NCBI GenBank assembly: GCA_024711205.1
Contig: JANJTH010000259.1
Coordinates: forward strand, 1-46,900
Length of the DNA: 46,900 nt
From: Planctomycetota bacterium
Lineage (GTDB): Bacteria > Planctomycetota > J058
Direction of reading: 5' to 3'
In this document: positions 10,239-19,607 of the stretch, in pieces
Layout: each line of letters opens with the position of its first letter
Numbering within the stretch: position 1 is the stretch's first letter
Position numbers and translations under genes: made by a program
The notes under the pieces: generated by a model
Databases searched by the model: none
What the model was told of the DNA's origin: nothing
The model's input: only the letters and a program-made list of their open reading frames with translations

Positions 10239-10427
10239 CGGCCTCGGCGTGACCGATCGCTCCGGCGCCCCGCTCCGCTCCGTTCCTCGCGGGAGTGAGC
10301 GAGCGCAGCTCGGGTTCTAGCCGCAGGACCTGGCACGAACAAGCCGCGCACTCGATCGCCCGCGGAGCTCCTCGCACGCCTGGACGTGACCAGGAGCCGC
10401 CACGAGAGGGGGTAGAGTCGCCGCCGG

Positions 10428-12386
10428 ATGACCCCTCCGCTGCGGCTCGCGCTCTGGCTCCTCGCGCTGACCGGCGCGCTGGCCGGTGCGGGAGCCCTGG
10501 CTCGCAGCCGGGGCGGCCTCGAGACGCTGCTGCTCGTGCTCCCCCTCGTCTGGCTGGGGCCGGCGCTCCGCCGAGCCCTGGTCCTGCGCGGCTGGCCGGC
10601 GGTGCCCTGCTGGGCCACAGCGGTAGAGGTTCTCGCGTGCACGGGCCTCGCGACCTATCCCGTGGGCACGTGGTCCCACGCGCTGCTGGCGATCGTCGCG
10701 GCGCGATCCGCGTTCGAGGTGGCACCCGCGACGGAGACGCCGGCGAGTCGCCTGGAGCGGAGCGCCCTCGGCGCGGCCGCGGCCGCGAGCCTCCTCGGGC
10801 CGATCGTGCTCGGCGCCCCCCAGCCGCTCCTCCTGGCGCTCGCCGCCGCCGTGGTCGGGCTCGAGGCCACGCGACTCCCCTGGACCTCGGGCCGCTCGCT
10901 CCGCTGGGCCACCGCGCTCGCCCTCGGGGGCGCCGGGACGGTCCTCGCTGGGTACGAGGGGCCGACGACCCGACTCCCGCTCGCGCACGACGCGGTGGCC
11001 GTCGCGCTGTCGGTCCTGCTCGTGCGAGCCCTCGCGGACCTCGCACGCGCCCGCTCGACCGCGTCTCCGGCCCTCCGAGCCGAGTCGCGCCGACGGACGT
11101 GGCTCGCGCTGCTCGGCGGGGCGGCGTTCCTGGCGACGTTCGAGCGTGGTCTGGGCGTCGGCGTCGTCGTCCGGGCGATCGCGTTCTCCACCCCGGCGCT
11201 GCTCCCGTCGCCCCGGCCACGCCTCGAGGCGGCGATCTGGGGCTGGGCGGCCCTCGCGATCCTGCTCGGTCGCCACGACGTGCTCGGCGACCTCGTCCCC
11301 CTCCTCGGGGTCGCCCCGTCCGCCGCGCTCCTCTGCGCACAAGGGCTCCTCGCCGCGGCCACCGTCCACGCCGCCTGGAGCGCCCTGGGCGCCGCGGCCC
11401 GCCTGGCCGGGGTGACGGCCACGGCGGTCGCCGGGGGGACGATCCTCCTGGGTGGCGAGGTCCTGGCGCCCTCGCGCGAGTTCGTCCTGCTGATCCAGCC
11501 GGCCGTCACGCCGGTCGTCGGCTCCTCGAACCTCCTCGAGGCCGGCGGAAGCGTCACGGACTTTCGCGAGCGTTCGTTCGGGCACGCGCCGCCTCCGGGC
11601 GTCCGACGGATCGCGCTCGTCGGCGCCTCGAGCGCGTGGGGCCACGCGCAGCGCTTGCGCGAGACCAGCCCGAGCGGCGTGCTGGAGCGGGCGCTCGCGG
11701 CCCGGGGCTCCCCGACCGAGGTGATGTGCCTGGCTTCCCCGGGCATGACGAGCGACCACTCGCTCGGGCAGGTCGCGGTCTTCGCGCGAGGCTGGGCGAT
11801 CGACCTGTTCCTCGTGGTCGACACCTACAACGACATGCACTTCCTCGCCCACCCCGACGCGACGCCCGGGGAGATCTACTTTTGGCGCCAGCATCTCGTG
11901 GGGCTCGACCACCCTCTCCGACGCGCGCTGCTCCAGCGCCGGCTCCTTCCGGCCGGCTTGCTGACGCGGGGCATGTCGCTCCCGCCGCGACCCGAGGCCG
12001 AGGTCGAGCGCGAGAACGGGTACTGGCTGGCAGGCCTCACGACGAACGAGGAGGCCATGACGCTGCTCGCCCGCGCGGGCGGCGCCTCGGTCGCCTGGTC
12101 CCGGGCCCCGCTCCACTTCGACGTCCACGGGCCGCGCGCCGACGAACCCCGCTATCGGGACCTGTTCCGCGCCCGGTGTGACGAGGTCGAGCGACGGGTC
12201 GCGCCCGCGGTCTCCCGCGCTGGTGGTTACGTGCTCGACCTCCCCGTGCGCATGCGCGACCGAGCGGCCGTGCTCGCGTCGGACGAAGTGTTGTTCGTGG
12301 ACCGTTGCCACTACACCGACCGAGGGGTCGAGGTCCTGGTGGACGCGATCCTGGGCGAGCTCGAGCGCGTCGGCTGGCTCCGCTGA
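10428..12386 (+). CDS. Polytopic membrane domain (~370 aa, about 10 hydrophobic segments) fused to an SGNH-like domain (paralog 2)
   Basis: ATG at 10428. The N-terminal two thirds consist of hydrophobic helices. The C-terminal part has RRIALVGASSAWGHA (block I with Ser) and VDRCHYTDRGVEVLVDAIL (DxxH block V). Confidence 0.75.
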   Translation: MTPPLRLALWLLALTGALAGAGALARSRGGLETLLLVLPLVWLGPALRRALVLRGWPAVPCWATAVEVLACTGLATYPVGTWSHALLAIVAARSAFEVAPATETPASRLERSALGAAAAASLLGPIVLGAPQPLLLALAAAVVGLEATRLPWTSGRSLRWATALALGGAGTVLAGYEGPTTRLPLAHDAVAVALSVLLVRALADLARARSTASPALRAESRRRTWLALLGGAAFLATFERGLGVGVVVRAIAFSTPALLPSPRPRLEAAIWGWAALAILLGRHDVLGDLVPLLGVAPSAALLCAQGLLAAATVHAAWSALGAAARLAGVTATAVAGGTILLGGEVLAPSREFVLLIQPAVTPVVGSSNLLEAGGSVTDFRERSFGHAPPPGVRRIALVGASSAWGHAQRLRETSPSGVLERALAARGSPTEVMCLASPGMTSDHSLGQVAVFARGWAIDLFLVVDTYNDMHFLAHPDATPGEIYFWRQHLVGLDHPLRRALLQRRLLPAGLLTRGMSLPPRPEAEVERENGYWLAGLTTNEEAMTLLARAGGASVAWSRAPLHFDVHGPRADEPRYRDLFRARCDEVERRVAPAVSRAGGYVLDLPVRMRDRAAVLASDEVLFVDRCHYTDRGVEVLVDAILGELERVGWLR

Positions 12387-12406
12387 GGCGCGCCGCGCCT
12401 CAGCGG
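12380..12406. terminator. Perfect 13-bp inverted repeat (CCGCTGAGGCGCG-C-CGCGCCTCAGCGG) between convergent genes; candidate bidirectional terminator
   Basis: Read directly from the sequence. The arms are 12380-12392 and 12394-12406. The TGA of the + gene (12384-12386) and the TCA (the minus-strand TGA stop) of the - gene (12400-12402) sit symmetrically inside the arms. No U-tract follows. Confidence 0.45.
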
Positions 12407-13182
12407 CTCGCGCCGTCGAGCCACGCGGCGACCGACTCGTGGGCGCGCACGTCGACGCCCAGGGCCTCGCGTGCACGCTCGAAGACGGCCGCGCGGCCGG
12501 CAGGCCCCAGCGAGGCTGGCGGTGCGAACACCCAGGTGAGCTCGACCCCGCGCCCCCGGGTCAGGGCCGCGAGCTGCGCCAGGCGGCCGACGTAGGCGTC
12601 GACGCGCGAGGACGTGGGGGGGGAGGGGAGCGCACGAGCGGGTCCGGGGAGCAGGAGCCGGCGAGCCAGTGCGCTGTTCCGGGCGGCCCACTCGCCGAGC
12701 GGGTCCTCGACCGCGAGCCGGTGCCATTCCCACTCCGTGGTCCAGCCGGGGGGGCGCTCTGGCGCGTCGAGCTCCTCGCCGTCCACGGCGACGACGCGCC
12801 GGACGCCGAGCACGGGCGCGTAGCGCGCGACGAGCAGGACCTCCTGCAGGGTCGTGTAACCATCCCGAGCCGCGACGCACGGCGGTTGTCCGTCGACGGG
12901 ACGCTGCTCACCCGCGACGCCGAGCGCGGCGGCCCCGCCGACCAGGAGGATCGGGCTCGGACCGACCGGCACCCCGAGGAAGTCACGCACGGGACGGGCG
13001 TCGGGCGCCGTCGCGAACGAGCCGCGCGGCGCCGCGCCGAGGACGAGGTGGAGCTCGTCGCGCCAGGGCGGCGGAGGCGCAACGACGACCCGCGCCCCCA
13101 GCTCCGCGAGGGCGACGGTCGAGAGGCCGAGTCCGGCCACGGCGAGGAGGAGGGCTTGCTTGCTCGGGACGGCTCTGCGCAT
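12400..13182 (-). CDS. Degenerate SGNH-like paralog (no obvious nucleophile), signal-anchored
   Basis: Track ORF 12400..13242. ATG at 13182 (MRRAVPSKQALLLAVAGLGLSTVALA) has GGAGA upstream. The position equivalent to block I reads PILLVGGAAALG (no Ser), and no DxxH is seen at the C-terminus. Composition is balanced and protein-like. Confidence 0.55.
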   Translation of the reverse strand: MRRAVPSKQALLLAVAGLGLSTVALAELGARVVVAPPPPWRDELHLVLGAAPRGSFATAPDARPVRDFLGVPVGPSPILLVGGAAALGVAGEQRPVDGQPPCVAARDGYTTLQEVLLVARYAPVLGVRRVVAVDGEELDAPERPPGWTTEWEWHRLAVEDPLGEWAARNSALARRLLLPGPARALPSPPTSSRVDAYVGRLAQLAALTRGRGVELTWVFAPPASLGPAGRAAVFERAREALGVDVRAHESVAAWLDGASR

Positions 13183-13276
13183 GGGCGGCGGAGTCTCCGC
13201 AGCCGCGGCGCCTCGCGCAACCGTATGCCGGGCGCTCCTCACGAGCTCGGCGCAAGGGCGGAAGAGGCCGGCGCGG

Positions 13277-14623
13277 TCACTCCCGAGCCGCCGGGAAGCC
13301 CGGCAGCGCCGCGAGGTGCTCCGCTACGCCCTCCGCGACGAGGCGGTACCCGCGCGGGGTGAAGTGCGTGTCGATCGGCCAGTAGTGCTCGAACAGCGCA
13401 TCGGAGGCGATCCGCGCGCGGAGCCATGGCGACAGGTCGCAGACGGGCAGGCCCAGGGCCTCGAGCTGCGTCCCCACGGCGCGCCGCCACAGGAGGCCCG
13501 GCCCCTCGGGCCCCGGGTGGACCTCCTGGATCAACGGGTGCAGGACGACGAGCGGCCGGAATCCCGACCGCTCGGCCAGCCCCGAGAAGCGTCGTCCGGC
13601 CTCGAGCAGCCCCGAGACCGCCTCGGCCTCGCGCGCCTCGCGATCATCGCGGTGGATCAGCAGGTAGTCGAAGCCGCCGTAGTCGAACACGAGGTGCCGG
13701 AAGAGGTGGCTCCGCGCGAACAGCGGCTCCCAGGTCGGGGCCGACCGATAGCGCACGGTCCCGTCGGGCGCGAATCGCTCGAAGCCTCCCCGGGTCATGA
13801 GGTCCATGACGTCCGAGCCGTTGAGCACGAGCAGCACGACGTCCGGCCCGTAGGCCAGCAGGCGCTCCTCGAGGAGGCGGAGCCCGAACACCGGGTCGCT
13901 GCCCGGAACACCCGCGCACAGCACCTCGACGCGCTCCACGCGCTCGAGTCGGTTCAGGTCGCGCTGGAGGACACGGGTCCACGCGTCCTCCAGCGCCGCG
14001 CCCTGGCTCATGGTGAAGGAGTCGCCCACTGCCACGATCCGATACACGCCCGCCGGCTTCTCGACGACGCGCTCGTCGTCGCGCAGGCCAAGCGAGTTCG
14101 TGACGACCTCGTGGGAGAACTCGGGCTGCGACATGGTGAACCGACGCCCCGCCCCGAGTGTGACGAGCGGCAACGTCCCTCGCGCGTCGTAGGGCGAGAC
14201 GTAGCCCGCCCCGTTCCGCTCGAGCCAGGTCCCGTACCGCCCCGTCGCTCGGAGCGCGAGCTCCGCCGCCAGGGTGCCCGAGAGCCAACTCACGAGCGCG
14301 ACGACGGCGCGCATGGCGCGACGGCGACTTCGTCGCCGGGGCGGCACTCCCATGCCGCCGGGACAAGGGCGAAGCAGCCAGGCGAGCGTGCCGATGGCCG
14401 CGAAGGCGACCAGGAACAGCCCCCAGCGCCGCGCGAGCCACTCCAGCCGGAGGGGGGCCGCCAACCGGGAGTGCGCGAGGAGCGCGACCACGAGCGCCAT
14501 GGCGGCCAGCGAGGCCGGCAGCGCACTGGCTGGATCCAGGCCCTGCGCCTCGCCCCGATCCTCCCCGTGATCGTCTCTTTCAAGCAAGGGCCGGTCTCCG
14601 TGCGAGCACTTGGGCAAGAACAT
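13277..14623 (-). CDS. Membrane-anchored SGNH/AlgX-like hydrolase or O-acyltransferase (paralog 3)
   Basis: YRIVAVGDSFTMSQG (block I) and YWPIDTHFTPRGYRLVAEGV (block V, DTH(W/F) type), with 2-3 N-terminal hydrophobic segments. Start is uncertain: ATG at 14623, 14656 or 14500. The Arg-rich extension to 14827 in the track ORF was rejected. Confidence 0.75.
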   Translation of the reverse strand: MFLPKCSHGDRPLLERDDHGEDRGEAQGLDPASALPASLAAMALVVALLAHSRLAAPLRLEWLARRWGLFLVAFAAIGTLAWLLRPCPGGMGVPPRRRSRRRAMRAVVALVSWLSGTLAAELALRATGRYGTWLERNGAGYVSPYDARGTLPLVTLGAGRRFTMSQPEFSHEVVTNSLGLRDDERVVEKPAGVYRIVAVGDSFTMSQGAALEDAWTRVLQRDLNRLERVERVEVLCAGVPGSDPVFGLRLLEERLLAYGPDVVLLVLNGSDVMDLMTRGGFERFAPDGTVRYRSAPTWEPLFARSHLFRHLVFDYGGFDYLLIHRDDREAREAEAVSGLLEAGRRFSGLAERSGFRPLVVLHPLIQEVHPGPEGPGLLWRRAVGTQLEALGLPVCDLSPWLRARIASDALFEHYWPIDTHFTPRGYRLVAEGVAEHLAALPGFPAARE

Positions 14624-14976
14624 ACCGGACCGTGTGCGCCTCGGACGAGTGTGCATGGCCTCGGGCCGAGCGACCGGTGGTGAGCCTCGCTGCCAACTCC
14701 CGGCGCGGGGCTCTCCCTTTCTGCCTCGGGCAATTCGGCCGCAGCAACGCACGCGGGCGAGTACGCCGTTCCATGGCCTCCCCGCGCTCGGGTCGGCAAG
14801 CAGGGGCTCGCGGTAGCCTCCTTGCATGGTCGCGACGAGCGCACGGGGCCGGACGCTGTGGCGCCGGCCTGCCTCCTCCTGGGCGGTGCGGCACGTTCGG
14901 GGGGACAGCCCGCGATGTGCTCCGGGCGCGCTCGTGGCGTGGGGGAGCGAACGACCTCAAGCCGGACGCGCTTCCT

Positions 14977-16791
14977 TCACCTCTTCGACCCCGGCCGCGC
15001 GCCCCCCCGGCGCGCCGCGGTCCTCAGGTGGGAAGTCACCAGCCCGAACGTCACGGCCAGGAACAGGAAGGCCCCGTCCTGGACGTTGACCGCGAACCGC
15101 TCGGCGTCGCTCATGCATAGCAGGCCGATCCCGGCTGCATATCCCCCGAGGTAGACGGTGAGAAACGCCAGGAGTCGGAGGCGCCGAGTGTGTCCAGGCC
15201 TCCAGGCATGGGCCCCCGAGGTGGCGACGAGGAGCACGAGGAGGAGCGGCGCGAGGACGAACGCCAGGTCGCAGCACGCCGCGACGGCCCCCACCGCGAC
15301 CACCGCCGCCCCGAGCGCGCCCGCGGAGGGTCCGCTCGCGGGCTCGGCTGTACCCGGGCGCGGCACGGGGGATCCGGCCTGCGCGTACGCGAGCATGAGG
15401 TAGCTGTCGATCCGCGCGTCGCGCGCCACGAGCGCAGCCCGGTCTCCAGCCGCTCCCGTGAGGCCGTCCCAGCGGTAGCTCCCCCCGAGCCCGTGCGCGT
15501 AGAGGCGACAGGCCGATCCTGCCGCATGGAAGGCGTAGTCGACGGGGTGGGCTCGGATCCCCTCGAGCGCGAGCTCGCGATAGATCCGCTCCAGGCCATG
15601 CTGCCGCGTCTCGCCGGCCGAAGATGACCGTAGCCGCTCGCGCTCCACGGCCGCGGCGGGGCTGTCGTCGCCGAATCGAGCACGAAGCGCCGGGGAGACG
15701 CTCCCGTAGATCAGCCAGTTCGGCTGGTGATCGCCGTGGTCCGCGAAGTCCTGCCGATACCGTGGGATCAGCCGCGCCAGCTCCATGGCCAGCTCCGGGC
15801 TGTCCACGGCCTCGACGTCCGTCAGATGGCCGACGTGCGCGTAGAGGTTCATGTAGGTCGCGGCGTTCGTCCCCCAGTAGCCGAAGCGCCGAGAGTATTC
15901 CGTCGAGTAGGTCGCCCACGAGGAAAGGCATGCGACCACGACGATCGCCAGGTGTGCCGTGACTCGACCGCGCGTCCACTTGCCGGGTGCCCACGCGAAG
16001 AGGAGCGCGAGGCTCGGGAGCATGAACAGCGCCGTGGGCTTGGCCAGCATGCTCGCGAGCAGCGCAAAGGCCACGCCGAGGGCACGCCACGCGGACGGAC
16101 GGCTCCACCACCAGAGCGACGCCGCGAGCAAGAGCGCGTTGCAGGTCCGCGCCGCGTGCTCCGAGAGGAGCAGATACTCGAAGGCGAGGTTCTTCTCGCA
16201 CAGGCACAGGTAGGCCAGCAGGGTGAGCGCCACGGCGCGCGAGCGCGTCGCCCAGCGTGCTGCGCAGACCAACGCGATCGAGGACGTGAGCCAGAGGACG
16301 TGGTGCAGCCATAGCACCCCGACCGGATGCCCCCACCCACGGTGTGCCAGCGCGACGAGGAGCGGGGTGCCAGCGGTCCTCACCTCGCTGAACGGGAACA
16401 CCGGGTGCGCCAGCGCGGGCGAGATGTAGCTCGTGGTGTCAGGCCCTGCGTCCGGCATGCCGAGCGTCACGGTCAGGCCGATCCGAATCGCCAGGCCCGT
16501 CGCCAGGAGCGTCGCCCCGATCGCGAGTCCCTCGGCCCTCCCTGGGAACCTGGCCACGCGCCAGGCCACACCGGGCGCGAGCGCCGACCCGAGCAACGCG
16601 GCGTGGACGGCGAGCACGAAGAGCCACGGTGCCCGCGAAGGGAACCCCAGGAACTCGAGGCCGAGCGCCCCCCCGAACCGGGTGTGCGCGAGCACCAGGC
16701 CCAGGTCCACGACGGCCAGCAAGGCGACGGCCCTTGCGATCGCTCTCCTGGCTCGGTCCCGGCGTGGTCGGTTGCCGCCCGCTGCGCCCAA
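14977..16791 (-). CDS. Polytopic GT-C-like (ArnT/PMT_2-like) membrane glycosyltransferase candidate, paralog 1
   Basis: 604 aa with more than 10 hydrophobic segments. First-loop motif MPDAGPDTTSYISPALAHPVFPFSEVRTAGTPLL. Further shared motifs are CEKNLAFEYLLLSEHAART, LAKPTALFMLPSL and the C-terminal CMSDAERFAVNVQDGAFLFL. TTG start lies 3 nt after the upstream stop. Confidence 0.7.
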   Translation of the reverse strand: MGAAGGNRPRRDRARRAIARAVALLAVVDLGLVLAHTRFGGALGLEFLGFPSRAPWLFVLAVHAALLGSALAPGVAWRVARFPGRAEGLAIGATLLATGLAIRIGLTVTLGMPDAGPDTTSYISPALAHPVFPFSEVRTAGTPLLVALAHRGWGHPVGVLWLHHVLWLTSSIALVCAARWATRSRAVALTLLAYLCLCEKNLAFEYLLLSEHAARTCNALLLAASLWWWSRPSAWRALGVAFALLASMLAKPTALFMLPSLALLFAWAPGKWTRGRVTAHLAIVVVACLSSWATYSTEYSRRFGYWGTNAATYMNLYAHVGHLTDVEAVDSPELAMELARLIPRYRQDFADHGDHQPNWLIYGSVSPALRARFGDDSPAAAVERERLRSSSAGETRQHGLERIYRELALEGIRAHPVDYAFHAAGSACRLYAHGLGGSYRWDGLTGAAGDRAALVARDARIDSYLMLAYAQAGSPVPRPGTAEPASGPSAGALGAAVVAVGAVAACCDLAFVLAPLLLVLLVATSGAHAWRPGHTRRLRLLAFLTVYLGGYAAGIGLLCMSDAERFAVNVQDGAFLFLAVTFGLVTSHLRTAARRGGARPGSKR

Positions 16792-16794
16792 GGG

Positions 16795-17868
16795 TCAACC
16801 TCGGCGCGCGACGAGCAGCGCGCTCGCCGCGCTCAGCTCCTCGCGAGGGAGGCCCCGGAAGTCCGCCGCGAGCTGGTGCTCCACCGGCTCGGGGACGTCC
16901 ACCCGCTCGACCCGAGTGGCGTGGACGTCCACGAAGCCCGCGCGCGCGAAGGCTTCCAGGAACCACCCGAGCCGCTTCCGGTTCGTGTAGTTGAACTTCC
17001 CCCTCCATGCTCGCTCCCACGTCGCTCCATCGATCGTCAGGAACTCCAGCGGGCCACGGCCCGGGCGGTGGTCCCGCAGGTCGATCTGATGCAGCCCGAG
17101 CCCGCCGGGGCGAAGGACGCGCGCCGTCTCCCGGATCACCTCGTCCGGCGCGGCGAAGTGCTCCATCGCGGCGTTCGAATAGACGACATCGAAGCTCCCG
17201 TCGGGGAACGGGAGCCGGGCGGCGTCGACGGGCTGGAGGAGCTGCACCTGGTCCCCGAAGCGTGCGCGTGCTCCGCCCAGGTCGACGATCGAGTCGAAGC
17301 GCTCGAGGACCCGTCGGCGTGTGGCGTCGTCCTCGCCCCCGAACAGGGACTCGTCTTCGGAGAGTCGCCGACGAAGGTCCAGGAAGTAGCGCGCCGAGTC
17401 GAGCGCGATCGGGAACAGATCGACCCCGCGGTAGGAGCGGGCGCCGAACGCGCAGAGGAGGGACCCGAGCGCCAGCGAGTATCCCGGCCCCAGCTCGAGG
17501 ATCCGAGCACCCTCGAGTGACACGCCGAGCTCCGCGAAGAGGGCGCGTGCGCGTCGCAGGTTCCCCAGCGCGTAGGCCAGGGAGCGGGGGTCCAGGGCCT
17601 CCCGCTGGCGCACGTGCTCGAAGATCGCATGGACCTCGAGCGGGGCCGCGATCTCGAGGACCACGTCCAGGAGGTCGGCGAACAATCTCGGGCGATGTTC
17701 CCCGATCGCGCCGAGCGCGTGGATCAGGCCAGCGCGGACTGGGCCTCCGGCGGCCGAGCCTCCCAGGAGGGACCTGAGCCCCTCCAGCCGCCGCCGGATC
17801 ACCGGACTCCCCGTGGTCGTCCTGAACCTAGCCGGAGTGCCCCCCGCCATGCCTCGCTCGCGGCGCAT
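16795..17868 (-). CDS. Class I SAM-dependent methyltransferase
   Basis: ILELGPGYSLALGSLL (motif I), FPDGSFDVVYSNAAMEHF and VLRPGGLGLHQIDL. ATG at 17868 is preceded by AAGGGGG. The rest of track ORF 16795..18324 is Arg-rich and overlaps the upstream gene. Confidence 0.8.
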   Translation of the reverse strand: MRRERGMAGGTPARFRTTTGSPVIRRRLEGLRSLLGGSAAGGPVRAGLIHALGAIGEHRPRLFADLLDVVLEIAAPLEVHAIFEHVRQREALDPRSLAYALGNLRRARALFAELGVSLEGARILELGPGYSLALGSLLCAFGARSYRGVDLFPIALDSARYFLDLRRRLSEDESLFGGEDDATRRRVLERFDSIVDLGGARARFGDQVQLLQPVDAARLPFPDGSFDVVYSNAAMEHFAAPDEVIRETARVLRPGGLGLHQIDLRDHRPGRGPLEFLTIDGATWERAWRGKFNYTNRKRLGWFLEAFARAGFVDVHATRVERVDVPEPVEHQLAADFRGLPREELSAASALLVARRG

Positions 17869-18160
17869 GTGGGCCCCCTTCGGATCGAGATCTTCCTTGT
17901 ATCCAAGCTCGCACCTCGTGCGCTCGGCACTCCGGCCGCCTGGGGAAGCAGCCCGTCCGCTGCGGTCGTCAGCACCAGCCGTCGCCATGAGGGGAGCCGC
18001 CCACTGCCGCGAGGGAGAGCCCCGACGGCCGGGTCGAGGACGTGCGCCGGAGAGCCCTGGGAGACGCCGAGGTCGTCGCTGGCCGAGCTCCGACTCATGG
18101 GCAGCGAGCTCTCGACGGCCATGCGCTCGTGGCGCCGCGGGAGCTGCATCGATCGCCAGG

Positions 18161-19177
18161 TCATGGGCTCCGGGGTCCCTCCGCGACCGAAGCGGGAGGT
18201 GCGTCGCGGCCCGCCGGTCCGTCAGACGCTCTCCCCTGCCCGGCGAGCCGGTCTCCTGGCTTGCCAGCCAACACCCCCCAGGCGTCGCGATCGCGAGGAT
18301 AGAGGCCGACTCGTGAGGTGACATAGGCGAGCGCAGCGATCGCGATCAGGAGCAGCGTCGTGGCGACGAGGACGACCGCGCTGATCATCCCGCCGATCCG
18401 CTCCAACCACACCCCGTAGAGTCCGGAGACCAAGGCGCCGAGGGCCGCGACGAGCACGAGCGGGAGATACAGCTTGAGGGGGTTGTAGACCGCGATGACC
18501 TGGAAGAGGTACTGGAGCGTTCGGAGCACGTCACGGGGGCGGACGTGACTCCGCCCCACACGCTGGTCATAGGCAATGTCGCGGAACACGACGACGTGTC
18601 CCGAGAGCAAGGAGGTCAGCGTCAACGAGGTCGTGAAGCTGAAGCCCAGGCAGAGGTCGCCGCGCAGCGGCTCGACCACGGCGCGCCGGAACAGGCGGAG
18701 CCCGCTGTTGGCGTCGGGCACGTCGCGGCCGCAGACGTAGCCGCAGAGCGCCCGGTAGAAGAGGCGCAACGAGAAGTGCGACCGGAAGTGTTGCCCGGTC
18801 CGGCGCCCGATCACGTGATCCGCCCCTTGCTCGATCAGGCCCCACATCGCGGGGATCTCGCCGACGGGGTAGGTCCCGTCGGCATCCGTGATTCCGATCA
18901 CCTCGCCCCGGGAGGCGGCGATCCCGCGCAGGAGCGAGTGCCCGTAGCCCAGGTTCACCGGATTGCGCAGCACCCGGACGCCCTCGACCAGCGCGGCGCG
19001 CTGGGCGGTCTCGTCGCGGCTGCCGTCGTCGACGACGAGGACCTCCGCGGGGCAACCGACCTCGGCCAGGGCGTCCCGCAGCCGCCGCAGGACGCCCTCG
19101 ATCGCGCCTGCCTCGTTCAAGGCGGGCACGACGATCGTCAGCCGCGGGCGGTCACGCAAGCCCTCCTGCTCAGTCAT
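18161..19177 (-). CDS. GT2 polyprenyl-phosphate glycosyltransferase (GtrB/ArnC/DPM1-like) with two C-terminal TM helices
   Basis: LTIVVPALNEAGAIEG, VLVVDDGSRDETA and ITDADGTYP. C-terminal helices are LKLYLPLVLVAALGALVSGLYGVWL and ISAVVLVATTLLLIAIAALAYV. ATG at 19177 is preceded by GGGAGGA and overlaps the upstream stop (ATGACTGA). Confidence 0.85.
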   Translation of the reverse strand: MTEQEGLRDRPRLTIVVPALNEAGAIEGVLRRLRDALAEVGCPAEVLVVDDGSRDETAQRAALVEGVRVLRNPVNLGYGHSLLRGIAASRGEVIGITDADGTYPVGEIPAMWGLIEQGADHVIGRRTGQHFRSHFSLRLFYRALCGYVCGRDVPDANSGLRLFRRAVVEPLRGDLCLGFSFTTSLTLTSLLSGHVVVFRDIAYDQRVGRSHVRPRDVLRTLQYLFQVIAVYNPLKLYLPLVLVAALGALVSGLYGVWLERIGGMISAVVLVATTLLLIAIAALAYVTSRVGLYPRDRDAWGVLAGKPGDRLAGQGRASDGPAGRDAPPASVAEGPRSP

Positions 19178-19607
19178 GGATCCTCCCGAACTCGGCAATG
19201 GGTGCGCCAATCGGGTCGATCCCAGGCGCCTCCGAGGTCCCTGACCCCTCCTCGAGCTGCGGTGCGCGCTCGAGCCGCCGAAGCACCTCGGCGGCGGCGC
19301 ATGCCAGGAGCAGCGCGCCCACCGAGGCGAGGAAGCGGCGCCGGTCCTGCGTGCCGATCCAGCTCGGGAACGGGCTCACGAGGAGAGTCGAGACCGACAG
19401 CGCCCCGGCCAACAGGACGCAGGCGAGCGCGTCGAGCGCGTCCAGCGCCCGCGTCCTGGCCGGCCGCGCGGCACCCGCCTGGATCACGGCCAGGACGACG
19501 CCGAAGTCGATCAGCAGGTGCACGCCGACGAGGGGCCAACCGGTCCCGACCTGGACCAGGACGAAGGCCATGCCGAGCCCGGCCAAGACTCGAACGGACG
19601 CGCTCAC
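19170..19607 (-). CDS. Small four-helix membrane protein, possible GtrA/ArnE-like flippase component
   Basis: C-terminal part of track ORF 19170..20696, with four hydrophobic segments in ~105 aa plus a polar tail. GTG at 19607 overlaps the TGA of the upstream GT-C gene (GTGA), and its own TGA overlaps the ATG of the GT2 gene. ATG at 19571 is an alternative start. The family call rests on size, topology and gene context only. Confidence 0.5.
   Translation of the reverse strand: MSASVRVLAGLGMAFVLVQVGTGWPLVGVHLLIDFGVVLAVIQAGAARPARTRALDALDALACVLLAGALSVSTLLVSPFPSWIGTQDRRRFLASVGALLLACAAAEVLRRLERAPQLEEGSGTSEAPGIDPIGAPIAEFGRIHD

Noticed and set aside
16795-18324. 509-aa version of the methyltransferase ORF
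   Set aside because: The first ~150 aa are Arg/Pro-rich and overlap the 3' end of the GT2 gene. ATG at 17868 has an AAGGGGG SD and leaves a normal-sized MT.
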